The notes: generated by a model from the sequence alone, not told the origin. A stretch of DNA of 64,000 nucleotides from Candidatus Nomurabacteria bacterium (GCA_023898465.1 CP060223.1:896001-960000), one strand, 5' to 3'; numbered from the stretch's first letter, positions 19,735-28,854 are shown. Numbers and translations: made by a program.

Positions 19735-20478
19735 CTACATAAAAGTAAACTGGCGGCCTTTTGCTTTTTTCACTAAGCGCAATACCTCATCCATGTCATC
19801 AGTGATGGTATATAACTGTGCGTCTTTTTTGCTAATTGCACCATCTTGCAACATTCGCTTGCGAATAAATGCATCAAGATCACACCAATACTCGCACCCA
19901 AAAAGAATGAGTGGGCGTTTATCAATCTTCCCATTCTGAATAAGAGTAGCAATGGTAAAAAACTCATCGAGTGTTCCAAAACCTCCTGGAAAAAATACAT
20001 AGGCGCGCGATGAGGTAGACATCATAGTCTTACGCGAGAAGAAATAGTAAAACCCAATGCCCCGCTGCACCCACTTATTCATGCGTTGCTCGTACGGTAA
20101 TTGAATGTTAAGACCAATCGATTCAGCCTTTACCTCGACAGCGCCCCGATTTGCAGCCTCCATAATACCTGGCCCGCCGCCGGTCACAATAGTATACCCA
20201 GCCTTACCTAACTTCTTAGCAAGCAAGCGTGCCTGCTTATATTCTTTTTCATTTTCTCCAGTTCGAGCTGAGCCAAAAATAGTCACGGGATGCTTCAACT
20301 CCGAGATAAATTCAAAGCCATCAATAAACTCGGACAGAATGCGAAAAATCCGCCAAGAAATATTATTTTTAAAATCAAAAGGTTGCACATGTCGCTCTGG
20401 CTTCGCCTTTGGACTGAGCTGGGAGGGATGAGTAATGTGCTCCTCTACTGTATTCATGTCTGTTTTTTTGCTTGGCAT
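19735..20478 (-). CDS. LOG-family / TIGR00730 Rossmann-fold nucleotide-binding protein
   Basis: TGGGPGIMEAANRGA and PGGFGTLDEFFT signatures. Confidence 0.8.
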   Translation of the reverse strand: MPSKKTDMNTVEEHITHPSQLSPKAKPERHVQPFDFKNNISWRIFRILSEFIDGFEFISELKHPVTIFGSARTGENEKEYKQARLLAKKLGKAGYTIVTGGGPGIMEAANRGAVEVKAESIGLNIQLPYEQRMNKWVQRGIGFYYFFSRKTMMSTSSRAYVFFPGGFGTLDEFFTIATLIQNGKIDKRPLILFGCEYWCDLDAFIRKRMLQDGAISKKDAQLYTITDDMDEVLRLVKKAKGRQFTFM

Positions 20479-20585
20479 GGGTACTCAATGAAAAGATAAA
20501 CTCCTTACAGCATAGCAGAGCCTGGCCTGAGCGTCACTGCCATAAGCATTGCTGTCTCGACGCTCATTTGCTAGGCTATAGCTAT

Positions 20586-21137
20586 ATGGCACCAATCGAA
20601 TCAACCCAAGCAAAACTAGGCAGCGAATTACCCGATTTCAATCTCATCGGTACAGGCGGAGGTATGAATGCGCCTCGTGATTTCGCAGATTATAAAGTGT
20701 TGGTGGTTGCCTTTATTTGTAATCACTGTCCATACGCCAAGGCAGCTATTCCGCGCCTTATTAAGCTGCAAGAGGAATATCTAGAGAAGAGCGTCATGTT
20801 TGTCGGTATCAATGCCAATGATCCAAAGGAATACCCTGAGGATGACATGGAACACATGACAAAGTACGCCCAAGAATGGGGCATGAACTTCCCTTACCTG
20901 GTAGACGATACCCAGGAAGTTGCCAAGGCTTTTGGCGCGGTTTGCACTCCGGATATCTTCGTCTATGACCGTGACCGTAAGCTTGCCTACCATGGACGAA
21001 TTGATGATAACTGGCAGGATGAGGAACAGGTAAGCACCTATGATCTCAAGGAAGCGTTGGAAGCACTGATTATTGGTGCGGATGTGAATCCAGAACAGCA
21101 TCCATCCATGGGCTGCTCGATTAAGTGGAAGCAGTAG
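20586..21137 (+). CDS. thioredoxin-fold thiol-disulfide oxidoreductase (AhpC/TSA-like)
   Basis: LPDFNL..., VVAFICNHCPYAKAA (CxxC), YPEDDMEHM, and CTPDIFVYD. Confidence 0.7.
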   Translation: MAPIESTQAKLGSELPDFNLIGTGGGMNAPRDFADYKVLVVAFICNHCPYAKAAIPRLIKLQEEYLEKSVMFVGINANDPKEYPEDDMEHMTKYAQEWGMNFPYLVDDTQEVAKAFGAVCTPDIFVYDRDRKLAYHGRIDDNWQDEEQVSTYDLKEALEALIIGADVNPEQHPSMGCSIKWKQ

Positions 21138-21235
21138 ATAGGATTTCGCTAAGCTTACCAAGATAGTAAAGATGCAATCGAATATGAGTTTATTCGATAT
21201 TTTGGAATTGGCATTCGTGCTACAATAGTGTGGCT

Positions 21236-22714
21236 ATGACGCATTCAGTACTTAGCTCTCGACTTACTCAAGTTCCCATTCTTCCAGCACTTCGAAACCT
21301 GCAGAAGGCCTATGCATCTGCCGAGGTATATGTTGTTGGTGGAGCAATACGCGATGCCCTACTCAAACGAAAGGGTGGAGATATTGACTATCTTATTCGA
21401 AATGTTTCTTATGCAAATCTCGCGCGCCATTTGCAAAAGAGTGGCAGCGCTCAACTTGTTGGCAAACATTTTGGTGTTATCAAATATTCTCCACGTGGAA
21501 CAAAAGAGATATACGATATTGCCCTGCCTCGCTTAGAGCACTCTTTGCACATGAGTGGGGCCTATCATGACTTTGCGGTGCAGTCAGATCCTAAACTCCC
21601 AGTTGCTGAGGATCTCAAGCGACGCGACTTCACTATTAACGCCATGGCCTGGAATATTCATAGCGGCGAATTTGTAGATCCAAGCAATGGTCTGGCTGAC
21701 CTCGTCGCAAAAAAAATCCGGACTGTAGGTAACCCGAAGCAACGCTTCCAAGAAGACTACACTCGTCTACTTCGCGCTCTACGTTTTGCAGTTGAGCTAG
21801 ATTTTCAAATTGAGGATTCTAGCTGGCGCATTTTGAAACAACTGATTGGTAACCTTAGTAACCGCGTACTCCCACGTGAAGCAATTGCGGCTGAGCTAGT
21901 AAAAATGTTTGCTCGAGCGCCCCTGGCTACGGTTGACGCACTAGAAAATTCGGGTGCGCTACGCGTGCTCATGCCTGAAGCGCATGAAATGAAACGAGTT
22001 GTCCAGCCCGTGCTTCATCATCGCGAAGGATCAGTCTGGCAGCATGCCCACCTCAGCTTAGAAGCGTACACACACCCTGAATTCCGTCGGCGTTTCCCTA
22101 AATTCAAACCTGATGCTGAGCTCTACTTCGCAACCTGGATGCACGACATTGCCAAATCCGTCACTATGAAGCATGTCGGTTCGCACAGCACAAAGCCGCA
22201 CTACAAAAATCATGCTTCTGTAGGCGCGCATATGGCCGTCCGTATTGCTGAACGATTAAAGCTATCTTCAGCCGGTGGTCAAATTCTTCCACGCCGACTC
22301 GATTGGCTGTTGAGAAACCACCTTGTCCGCCTCAAAGTACATGAGCTAGATTTAGATGAAGTAGAACATCTTTTTTGCAACCCCAATCTACCAGGCGAAA
22401 AATTACTCGCTTTAAATTTTGCAGATGCCTGGGCATCAATTCCAGAAGAGGGCGGGCATGACCTCCGTGACCTTGATGCACTAATGAAAAAAATTGCTCT
22501 AGTAAAAAAACGTGGATTCAAAAAAGGTAAGCCGTATCACCTACTAAGCGGAAAAGACGTCATGAAAGGCATGCAAGTTTCTGCTGGACCTCAGGTCGGT
22601 AGTTTCCTCAGCCTGGTTCGCTATCAGCAACTAGAGGGCAAGTTGCTAAGTAAAGCGGCCGCGCTAAAATATCTTGCGCAATATTACCAATCAAAGCTAA
22701 AGAAATCCTCATGA
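21236..22714 (+). CDS. cca: CCA-adding enzyme / poly(A) polymerase-family tRNA nucleotidyltransferase with HD domain
   Basis: VYVVGGAIRDALLKRKGGDIDYL, RRDFTINAMA, and a later HD-type region WMHDIAK. Confidence 0.8.
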   Translation: MTHSVLSSRLTQVPILPALRNLQKAYASAEVYVVGGAIRDALLKRKGGDIDYLIRNVSYANLARHLQKSGSAQLVGKHFGVIKYSPRGTKEIYDIALPRLEHSLHMSGAYHDFAVQSDPKLPVAEDLKRRDFTINAMAWNIHSGEFVDPSNGLADLVAKKIRTVGNPKQRFQEDYTRLLRALRFAVELDFQIEDSSWRILKQLIGNLSNRVLPREAIAAELVKMFARAPLATVDALENSGALRVLMPEAHEMKRVVQPVLHHREGSVWQHAHLSLEAYTHPEFRRRFPKFKPDAELYFATWMHDIAKSVTMKHVGSHSTKPHYKNHASVGAHMAVRIAERLKLSSAGGQILPRRLDWLLRNHLVRLKVHELDLDEVEHLFCNPNLPGEKLLALNFADAWASIPEEGGHDLRDLDALMKKIALVKKRGFKKGKPYHLLSGKDVMKGMQVSAGPQVGSFLSLVRYQQLEGKLLSKAAALKYLAQYYQSKLKKSS

Positions 22715-23649
22715 ACATTGCCGCTATAGAAAAAGATATCGAAGTAGACGCCGCACATGACGGGGCGCGTTTAGATCGCTTCCTGGTTGATCATATTGAG
22801 GGCATTTCACGCGCTGAGCTGCAACGTTGGATTAAGCAAGGTGAGGTTCGAGTGAATGGGAAAAATGCTATTCCTCATCAAGCGCTGAAAGTTTGCGATC
22901 GCATTCACATCGAGCACCAAGCATCCGAACAACACACGCCGGATGCTCTAGCTGCTATTCAAGTGCTAGCCGAAGAAAAAGATTTCCTCATCATCTCAAA
23001 ACCTTCTGGCGTCCTCATGCACGCCACACCAAATTCGCACGAACAAACTTTAGCTGACTGGCTACTCGCGCACTACCCCGAGTTGCATGGTGTCGGCGAA
23101 GATCCTACACGACCTGGCATTGTGCATCGCCTTGATCGTGACGTATCCGGCCTCCTGCTCGTTGCCCGCACTCCAGACGCATTCATCTATTATAAAAATC
23201 TTTTTCAGGAACGGGCAATGGAAAAAGTATATATTGCCTTAGCTCACGGGAGCGTTGAAGAAGATGGAATGATTGAACTGCCCATCTCCCGTTCTCAATC
23301 AAACCGCCGGAGGATGGCAGCCCGAGCTGATGGTATAGGACGTCCGGCAATTACCGCCTATCATATTTTGAAGCGCTATCCTCATCTGACCTTACTTGAG
23401 GTGAAGCCAAAGACTGGACGCATGCATCAAATCCGCGTCCATCTCAATGCCATTGGCCACCCGATTGTGGGCGACCGTCTCTATGTAAAAAAGGCCAGCA
23501 AGGCCACCCAACTGCGACGACCCTTCCTCCATGCCCATAAACTAGCCTTTGTCGACCAAGAGGGCAAAGAAAGGGCCTATACTCTAGCAATACCCCAGGA
23601 ATTACAGGAGTATCTGGATACGCTTGACGAGAAACACGAAAATAGCTAG
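22711..23649 (+). CDS. RluA-family 23S rRNA pseudouridine synthase (RluD-like, S4 domain)
   Basis: [14 protein letters not shown] catalytic motif. ATGA overlap with the cca stop. Confidence 0.85.
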   Translation: MNIAAIEKDIEVDAAHDGARLDRFLVDHIEGISRAELQRWIKQGEVRVNGKNAIPHQALKVCDRIHIEHQASEQHTPDALAAIQVLAEEKDFLIISKPSGVLMHATPNSHEQTLADWLLAHYPELHGVGEDPTRPGIVHRLDRDVSGLLLVARTPDAFIYYKNLFQERAMEKVYIALAHGSVEEDGMIELPISRSQSNRRRMAARADGIGRPAITAYHILKRYPHLTLLEVKPKTGRMHQIRVHLNAIGHPIVGDRLYVKKASKATQLRRPFLHAHKLAFVDQEGKERAYTLAIPQELQEYLDTLDEKHENS

Positions 23650-23689
23650 ACTGAGGGCCGATTTACATTTTCATTACTTTAGAAAAAAC

Positions 23690-24025
23690 ATGTCAGAAAC
23701 ACTAGCTCCGCTGCATGACAGCCTTCCTGAAGTGAAGTCAGGTCAGCAGGTCCGAGTCCATCAAAAAATCAGCGAGGGGGACAAGGAACGCAATCAGGTT
23801 TTTGAAGGCGTTGTCTTAAAGCGCAGTGGCGGCAAAGGCCCATCAGCCAGTATTACTGTTCGCAAAATTGGTGCTGGTGGCATTGGTGTAGAACGCATCT
23901 TCCCTCTTCATTCACCTGTCATCACCAAGGTTGAAGTAGTGGGTGAAGCAAAGACACGACGAGCAAATCTCAGCTATCTCCGTAAGCCTCGCGCCAAGCA
24001 GCTGAAGATGAAGTCAGTCAAATAA
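23690..24025 (+). CDS. rplS: 50S ribosomal protein L19
   Basis: [16 protein letters not shown]...[24 protein letters not shown]...RRANLSYLR. Confidence 0.9.
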   Translation: MSETLAPLHDSLPEVKSGQQVRVHQKISEGDKERNQVFEGVVLKRSGGKGPSASITVRKIGAGGIGVERIFPLHSPVITKVEVVGEAKTRRANLSYLRKPRAKQLKMKSVK

Positions 24026-24029
24026 GTTC

Positions 24030-24046
24030 CTGCGCGGGTGGCGGAA
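24030..24046 (+). repeat. 17-nt direct repeat, copy 1 (ctgcgcgggtggcggaa; equals 2 nt plus the first 15 nt of tRNA-Leu-GAG)
   Basis: Exact match to 24377-24393. It is followed by two perfect 8-bp hairpins at 24048-24069 and 24073-24094. Confidence 0.8.
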
Positions 24047-24122
24047 CCCCGAACCACGCAGGGTTCGGGAGTCCTGCACCTCACAAGGTGCAGGGTGGGA
24101 GTAAACATTATGTACTCTTACT

Positions 24123-24371
24123 ATGTCATTCGTTTATATCCTGCTACTTAATAATCAAGAGCTCTACGTCGGATTTACTGCCGACCTTAATCGACGACTT
24201 GAAGAGCATCAACTAGGTAGGAGTGGTTACACAAGTAAGTACCTACCAGTAAAACTACTTTTTTATGAAGCCTTTACCAGCGAAGTGGATGCGCGGCGAA
24301 GAGAGAAATATTTAAAAACGAGTAAAGGTAAATCAACGATACGGATGATGCTCCGTACTACACTGCAGTAA
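24123..24371 (+). CDS. GIY-YIG nuclease-domain protein (82 aa, stand-alone)
   Basis: FVYILLLNNQELYVGFTADLNRRLEEHQ...REKYLK has the GIY-YIG core motifs. Confidence 0.8.
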   Translation: MSFVYILLLNNQELYVGFTADLNRRLEEHQLGRSGYTSKYLPVKLLFYEAFTSEVDARRREKYLKTSKGKSTIRMMLRTTLQ

Positions 24372-24378
24372 TATATCT

Positions 24379-24464
24379 GCGCGGGTGGCGGAATGGTATA
24401 CGCGCTAGCTTGAGGTGCTAGTGGCCGCAAGGCCTTGGAGGTTCAAGTCCTCTCCCGCGCACCA
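24379..24464 (+). tRNA. tRNA-Leu (anticodon GAG), type II, CCA encoded
   Basis: Acceptor gcgcggg/cccgcgc. Anticodon arm ctagc-uuGAGgu-gctag. Long variable arm ggcc-gcaa-ggcc. T arm ggagg-ttcaagt-cctct. Confidence 0.85.
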
Positions 24465-24575
24465 CGTGAAGCGTGGTGCTAAATAGCTGAGCAAAATTAG
24501 ACATACCACCGTAGCAAAAGCTGCGTTGCTTTTAAATTGGATAGACTCTTCACTGCTTAAACTCAAATGGTCTTC

Positions 24576-24797
24576 TCAGATGAGTATTAGCAAAACACAC
24601 ACAAGAATTTGCCCTAGGAGAAGTCCTGCACCAACCTGACGACGACCATCAATAATCCGTGCAAATCCAAGTGCAAAGAAAACTATAAAACCGCCTGATA
24701 CAAAAACTAAACTAGCAGGCGCTTGCATGAGCGCTATGTTCCATGCAAAAAACTGATAGAGAAAACTGAGAACGCAAAAAATTATTACTTTTTTCAT
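24576..24797 (-). CDS. hypothetical small membrane protein (73 aa)
   Basis: Three hydrophobic segments. No SD checked. Weak call. Confidence 0.3.
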   Translation of the reverse strand: MKKVIIFCVLSFLYQFFAWNIALMQAPASLVFVSGGFIVFFALGFARIIDGRRQVGAGLLLGQILVCVLLILI

Positions 24798-24923
24798 AAA
24801 AGGAAATGGACATCGTATTTGTATATATTTAATCGCACGCCTAGCTCTTTTGTTTCATGAAAGCTCGCTGTATTAATTCCAAAATCATGCTACTATGCTA
24901 GCAAGTAATTTTACTCTACCTCT

Positions 24924-25163
24924 ATGAAAAAAATTCTCGCTACCTTTTCATTCATACTTTTAGCCAGTCCATCCATTGCCTCAGCCCACACTGGCGTAGA
25001 ACACACAGGGACTTTTTGGCATATTTTTCTCCACCTGCTTAGCGAACCAGATCACATCTTCATAATAGGATCTATCGTTATCCTGGGTTATGGCGTACTG
25101 CTTCATACGAAACCACAGAGGAGTTTATCTCGTGTTCCACGTGGAAGCATTGCTAAGTATTGA
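24924..25163 (+). CDS. small secreted/membrane protein with HupE/UreJ-like N-terminal His motif (possibly a truncated remnant)
   Basis: The signal peptide ends in SIASA. The mature end is HTGVEHTG...FLHLLSEPDHIFII, which compares with the HupE/UreJ pattern AH.G...F.HP..G.DH. It has only one TM after the motif, whereas full-length family members have about 6. Confidence 0.3.
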   Translation: MKKILATFSFILLASPSIASAHTGVEHTGTFWHIFLHLLSEPDHIFIIGSIVILGYGVLLHTKPQRSLSRVPRGSIAKY

Positions 25164-25203
25164 CTTCCCTAGGCTAATCGCGTAATAATCAGGCCTGTCC
25201 CAT

Positions 25204-25280
25204 GGGCGGTTAGCTCAGTTGGTTAGAGCGCCTCGTTTACACCGAGGAGGTCGGGGGTTCGACTCCCTCACCGCCCACCA
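25204..25280 (+). tRNA. tRNA-Val (anticodon UAC), CCA encoded
   Basis: Acceptor gggcggt/accgccc. Anticodon arm cctcg-uuUACac-cgagg. Confidence 0.9.
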
Positions 25281-25395
25281 CACTTAGCGTGGCCGACCAT
25301 ACAAACCATGGCTAGTAATTGAGGACGCGCTCTATAGATGTAAGTAGTGACTTTTTGCTATACTCATCAGGTACTAACTCCTAACTTTTTATTTC

Positions 25396-26682
25396 ATGAA
25401 AATATCTGTAATTGGCGCCACCGGCTACGTCGGTCTCGTCTCAGCAACCTGCCTTGCCGAAATTGGCCATACGGTAACTTGTTTTGGTAGAAACGCAGAA
25501 GCGATAAATAAATTACAGCGTGGCAATATTCCTATTTATGAACCCGGCTTGAACGAACTAGTCAAAAAGAATATAAAGGCAAAGCGTCTTCGCTTCACCA
25601 CGAATTTTGATCTAGCAGTAAAAGAAAGTCTCGCAATCTTTATTGCCGTAGGAACACCTCCGCTACCAAACGGTAAAGCAGACCTACGCGCCGTATTTGA
25701 AGTTGCACAACGTATCGGGCAAAGCATGACCGACTATAAGGTTATTGTTGATAAAAGCACTGTGCCAGTTGGAACGGGCCAAGAGGTGAAGCACATTATT
25801 GCAAAGGAATACTCAGGAAGATTTGATGTTGCTTCATGTCCAGAATTTTTGCGCGAGGGTTCAGCTATTGAAGACTTCATGCATCCAGATCGAGTGGTTA
25901 TTGGTACTGATTCTGAAAAAGCAAAAAGGGTTATGCTTGATATTTTCAAACCCCAGAAGACTACTAAGCTCACTACAAATATTGAAAGTGCCGAACTTAT
26001 TAAGTATGCTTCCAATGCTTTCTTGGCCACCAAAATTTCATTTATCAATGAGATATCCAACCTTTGCGATTTAGTCCGGGCTGATGTTGAGGAAGTCGCT
26101 CGAGGTATGGGCCTAGATAAGCGTATTGGACAAAGTTTCTTAAAGGCTGGAGTGGGATACGGCGGCAGCTGTTTCCCTAAGGATGTGAGTGCCTTAAAAG
26201 AACTTGCGGGATCTAGTGGCTATGACTTTCAGTTACTTAAGGCTGTCATTGAGGTAAACAATACACAACGATCAGTCGTCATTGCAAAAGCAAAACAACT
26301 ACTTGGTTCCTTGCGGAACAAACACATCGGCGTACTTGGACTGGCTTTTAAGCAAAATACTGATGATGTACGGGAGTCTGCTGCCATAGACATTATTAAA
26401 CTGCTGCAAAAGGCTGGTGCAAAAATTACTGCTTTTGACCCAGTGGCTACAGAAAAAGCAAAAAGTAAGCTTACTCGCGTAAAGTATGCCAAGTCAGCCA
26501 AGGAAGCATGTAAGCAGACTGATCTCCTTGTCATTGTGACTGAGTGGCCTGAATTCGCTCAGCTTGATTGGAAAAAAATCCGTCCAACTATGAGACAAGC
26601 AAAAATTGTTGATGGACGTAACCTGCTTGATCCAATAAAGATGCGAGAGTTGGGGTATCAATATCTCAGCGTAGGTCGATAG
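25396..26682 (+). CDS. ugd: UDP-glucose 6-dehydrogenase
   Basis: MKISVIGATGYVGLVSATCLAEIGH Rossmann N-terminus and the GYGGSCFPKD catalytic Cys motif. Confidence 0.9.
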   Translation: MKISVIGATGYVGLVSATCLAEIGHTVTCFGRNAEAINKLQRGNIPIYEPGLNELVKKNIKAKRLRFTTNFDLAVKESLAIFIAVGTPPLPNGKADLRAVFEVAQRIGQSMTDYKVIVDKSTVPVGTGQEVKHIIAKEYSGRFDVASCPEFLREGSAIEDFMHPDRVVIGTDSEKAKRVMLDIFKPQKTTKLTTNIESAELIKYASNAFLATKISFINEISNLCDLVRADVEEVARGMGLDKRIGQSFLKAGVGYGGSCFPKDVSALKELAGSSGYDFQLLKAVIEVNNTQRSVVIAKAKQLLGSLRNKHIGVLGLAFKQNTDDVRESAAIDIIKLLQKAGAKITAFDPVATEKAKSKLTRVKYAKSAKEACKQTDLLVIVTEWPEFAQLDWKKIRPTMRQAKIVDGRNLLDPIKMRELGYQYLSVGR

Positions 26683-26744
26683 TAAAAACCCTGCCACTTC
26701 ACTCAAAGAGATAAAGAGACAGGGTTTCAACAGATCACAACTGC

Positions 26745-26960
26745 CTACGCAGTTGATTTGTCGTCGGCGACTTCGTCGCCACTGCTCACGATCTTAGGCT
26801 CATCCATCTTCTGCACCAGCTTTGGCCTGGGCTTTGGCACATACGCCGGAAACTCCCTCTTGCCACGACGATTGGCTATCAGCATAGCGCCGAGCACAAT
26901 CGCTCCTGCCCCCAGGATCGCCAAGAAGAAAAGTACCGGGTTCTGAAGTAGAGACGACAT
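26745..26960 (-). CDS. hypothetical small single-pass membrane protein (71 aa), GC-rich
   Basis: Strong SD GAGGAGGAATC directly before the ATG. N-terminal TM followed by a charged tail. Confidence 0.45.
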   Translation of the reverse strand: MSSLLQNPVLFFLAILGAGAIVLGAMLIANRRGKREFPAYVPKPRPKLVQKMDEPKIVSSGDEVADDKSTA

Positions 26961-27073
26961 GATTCCTCCTCACCTCGATTGTTAACCCCCGCATTTACTC
27001 TAGCCTAAAACGACTTTGCTCCTACGTCAAATACCCGCTGCCGACGGGCTATGAAAAATGCAGCAAAGCAATT

Positions 27074-27241
27074 TTAGCGTTTATCTTTTAAGCGCCCTCG
27101 TTTCTTCAACGCTTCACGGAGCACCCACTCGATTTGACCATTCAGGCTGCGCAATTCATCACTAGCCCACCTTTCGAGTGCCTCTAGGGTTGTGCTATCA
27201 ACACGGAGCAAAAATGGCTTTGTCCTCCTTTGTACCGCCAT
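27074..27241 (-). CDS. Arc/MetJ-type ribbon-helix-helix DNA-binding protein (55 aa; not in ORF track)
   Basis: Own translation: MAVQRRTKPFLLRVDSTTLEALERWASDELRSLNGQIEWVLREALKKRGRLKDKR. It has the F.LR...L...L...A....RS.N..I pattern of Arc-family repressors. The ATG lies 2 nt after the SPFH stop. Confidence 0.6.
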   Translation of the reverse strand: MAVQRRTKPFLLRVDSTTLEALERWASDELRSLNGQIEWVLREALKKRGRLKDKR

Positions 27242-27243
27242 GC

Positions 27244-28113
27244 TTATTGGTACAAGCTTCCGGTATTCACCACCGGTTGCGCATGACGATCACTGCAAAG
27301 CACAACCAAGAGATTGCTCACCATGGCAGCCTTTCGCTCCTCATCTAATTTTACAACGTCTTTTTTTGAAAGCTCTTCAAGCGCCATCTCTACCATGCCC
27401 ACCGCACCTTCAACTATTCTCGTTCGGGCGGCTACCACCGCACTTGCCTGCTGGCGCTGGAGCATTGCACTGGCAATCTCTGGTGCATAAGCTAAGTGAC
27501 TAATTCGCGCTTCAATAACCTCAACACCTGCTTTTGCCAAACGGTCCTGCACTTCAGCTTTTAGTTTTTCAGCTACGTCATTTGTGTTCCCACGCAATGA
27601 GACCACACCTTCTTGATGAGCGTCATAGGGATATGAGGTAGCCATGTTACGGAGAGCAGCTTCGCTCTGTACATGGACAAAATTTTCATAGTCATCAACA
27701 TTGAACATTGCCTCAGCAGTATCGACAACCTTCCAAACTATGACTGCAGCAATCTCGATGGGGTTACCATCAGAATCATTTACTTTTAACTTTCCGCTTT
27801 CAAAGTTTCGTATGCGAAGAGAAATTCTTCGTCGACTTGTAAAAGGATTCATCCAACGAAAGCCTGACTGTTTTTCTGAACCTATATACTTACCAAACAA
27901 CTGCGCAACTGCAGCCTCATTTGGATTTACAATAAAAAAACCACTTGTACAAAAAAGAACAGCTATCCCTAGGAGTATGGAAACAATTACTAGCCAGATG
28001 GTATTCGCAGTTGCGGCATAAATAAAACCAAACGCCGCCAGACACAAGAGCACAAATAAGGAAGGAGCAGCAACAAAGCCATTAGTCGAACGAACAGCTT
28101 TTTCTTTAATCAT
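27244..28113 (-). CDS. SPFH/band-7 domain membrane protein
   Basis: N-terminal TM pair followed by an SPFH core ([19 protein letters not shown]...[26 protein letters not shown]). Confidence 0.85.
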   Translation of the reverse strand: MIKEKAVRSTNGFVAAPSLFVLLCLAAFGFIYAATANTIWLVIVSILLGIAVLFCTSGFFIVNPNEAAVAQLFGKYIGSEKQSGFRWMNPFTSRRRISLRIRNFESGKLKVNDSDGNPIEIAAVIVWKVVDTAEAMFNVDDYENFVHVQSEAALRNMATSYPYDAHQEGVVSLRGNTNDVAEKLKAEVQDRLAKAGVEVIEARISHLAYAPEIASAMLQRQQASAVVAARTRIVEGAVGMVEMALEELSKKDVVKLDEERKAAMVSNLLVVLCSDRHAQPVVNTGSLYQ

Positions 28114-28127
28114 AGTAAAAAGGTAAA

Positions 28128-28146
28128 TGATATCAAACTGATATCA
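28128..28146. promoter_or_regulatory. double palindrome TGATATCA-aac-TGATATCA upstream of the SPFH-Arc operon (candidate operator)
   Basis: Two exact 8-bp palindromes, 11 bp centre to centre, 15 nt upstream of the SPFH ATG. Confidence 0.3.
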
Positions 28147-28213
28147 GTGAACCTCTTATCTGTACATTTGTCAAGTTAAAAAAAACTACTACGCAGATGT
28201 AGTATGTTTTCTC

Positions 28214-28227
28214 TGGTGGACCCTACC
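28214..28227 (-). repeat. duplicate of the last 14 nt of tRNA-Ala (ggtagggtccacca) preceded by a GC hairpin
   Basis: Exact copy of the 3' acceptor strand plus CCA of the tRNAs at 28263 and 29946. The adjacent ccccgc-cca-gcgggg hairpin replaces the T arm. Confidence 0.7.
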
Positions 28228-28262
28228 CCGCTGGGCGGGGTCAGCTCTGTATGTTGAGATCT

Positions 28263-28338
28263 TGGTGGACCCTACCGGGCTCGAACCGGTCACCTCCGCG
28301 TTGCAAACGCGGCGCTCTACCAAATGAGCTAAGGGCCC
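28263..28338 (-). tRNA. tRNA-Ala (anticodon UGC), CCA encoded
   Basis: Reverse complement gggccct...; G3:U70 present. Anticodon arm ccgcg-uuUGCaa-cgcgg. Confidence 0.9.
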
Positions 28339-28626
28339 TTAATTCAGACTATTCGAAACAGGTGAAAAAATATCCCGTAGAAGAGATGGAACAAATCCAG
28401 TCAGTGTAAGAAAAACAATGAAAATCATGAGGATACCGAGAAGCTTTAAAAAAATTCTCGTACCACCCTCGGTACCGAGATGCTGCTCAGCCCATTCGAT
28501 CCGACCAAACCAGTTCATGAAAAAATCAGTCTTGATCACAAGTAGCGCACCTATCAGTATAACGATTCCACCAATTAAATATCGCATAACTCTTCTCGTA
28601 TTATTAACGCCCCCCCCTAGCACCAT
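28339..28626 (-). CDS. hypothetical small membrane protein
   Basis: Two TM segments. The stop abuts the tRNA-Ala 5' end. The start may be the internal MRYLIGG. Confidence 0.4.
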   Translation of the reverse strand: MVLGGGVNNTRRVMRYLIGGIVILIGALLVIKTDFFMNWFGRIEWAEQHLGTEGGTRIFLKLLGILMIFIVFLTLTGFVPSLLRDIFSPVSNSLN

Positions 28627-28730
28627 CGAGTACTTGAGCTTGAAAAGCTAAGTACGAGATGAAAAGCGGCACGTTTGCAAAGGGCGCAGTCCGGCTTGGC
28701 CGGGCAAAGCCTGGAGCAAACGATGACGTG

Positions 28731-28807
28731 TGGTGGGCGATCCAGGAATCGAACCTGGGACCTCGTCATTATCAGTGACGCGCTCTAACCAACTGAGCTA
28801 ATCGCCC
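28731..28807 (-). tRNA. tRNA-Ile (anticodon GAU), CCA encoded
   Basis: Reverse complement gggcgat...; anticodon arm cgtca-cuGAUaa-tgacg. Confidence 0.9.
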
Positions 28808-28854
28808 ATGTTTGTTCCCCGTGGAACATGATGTAAAACTACATAACAACGCGG

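Noticed and set aside
24030-24100. Possible additional tRNA or tRNA pseudogene after rplS
   Set aside because: Only the first 15 nt match tRNA-Leu(GAG). No D, anticodon or T arms can be formed, and no complementary 3' acceptor strand is present. It is kept as a repeat rather than an RNA gene.
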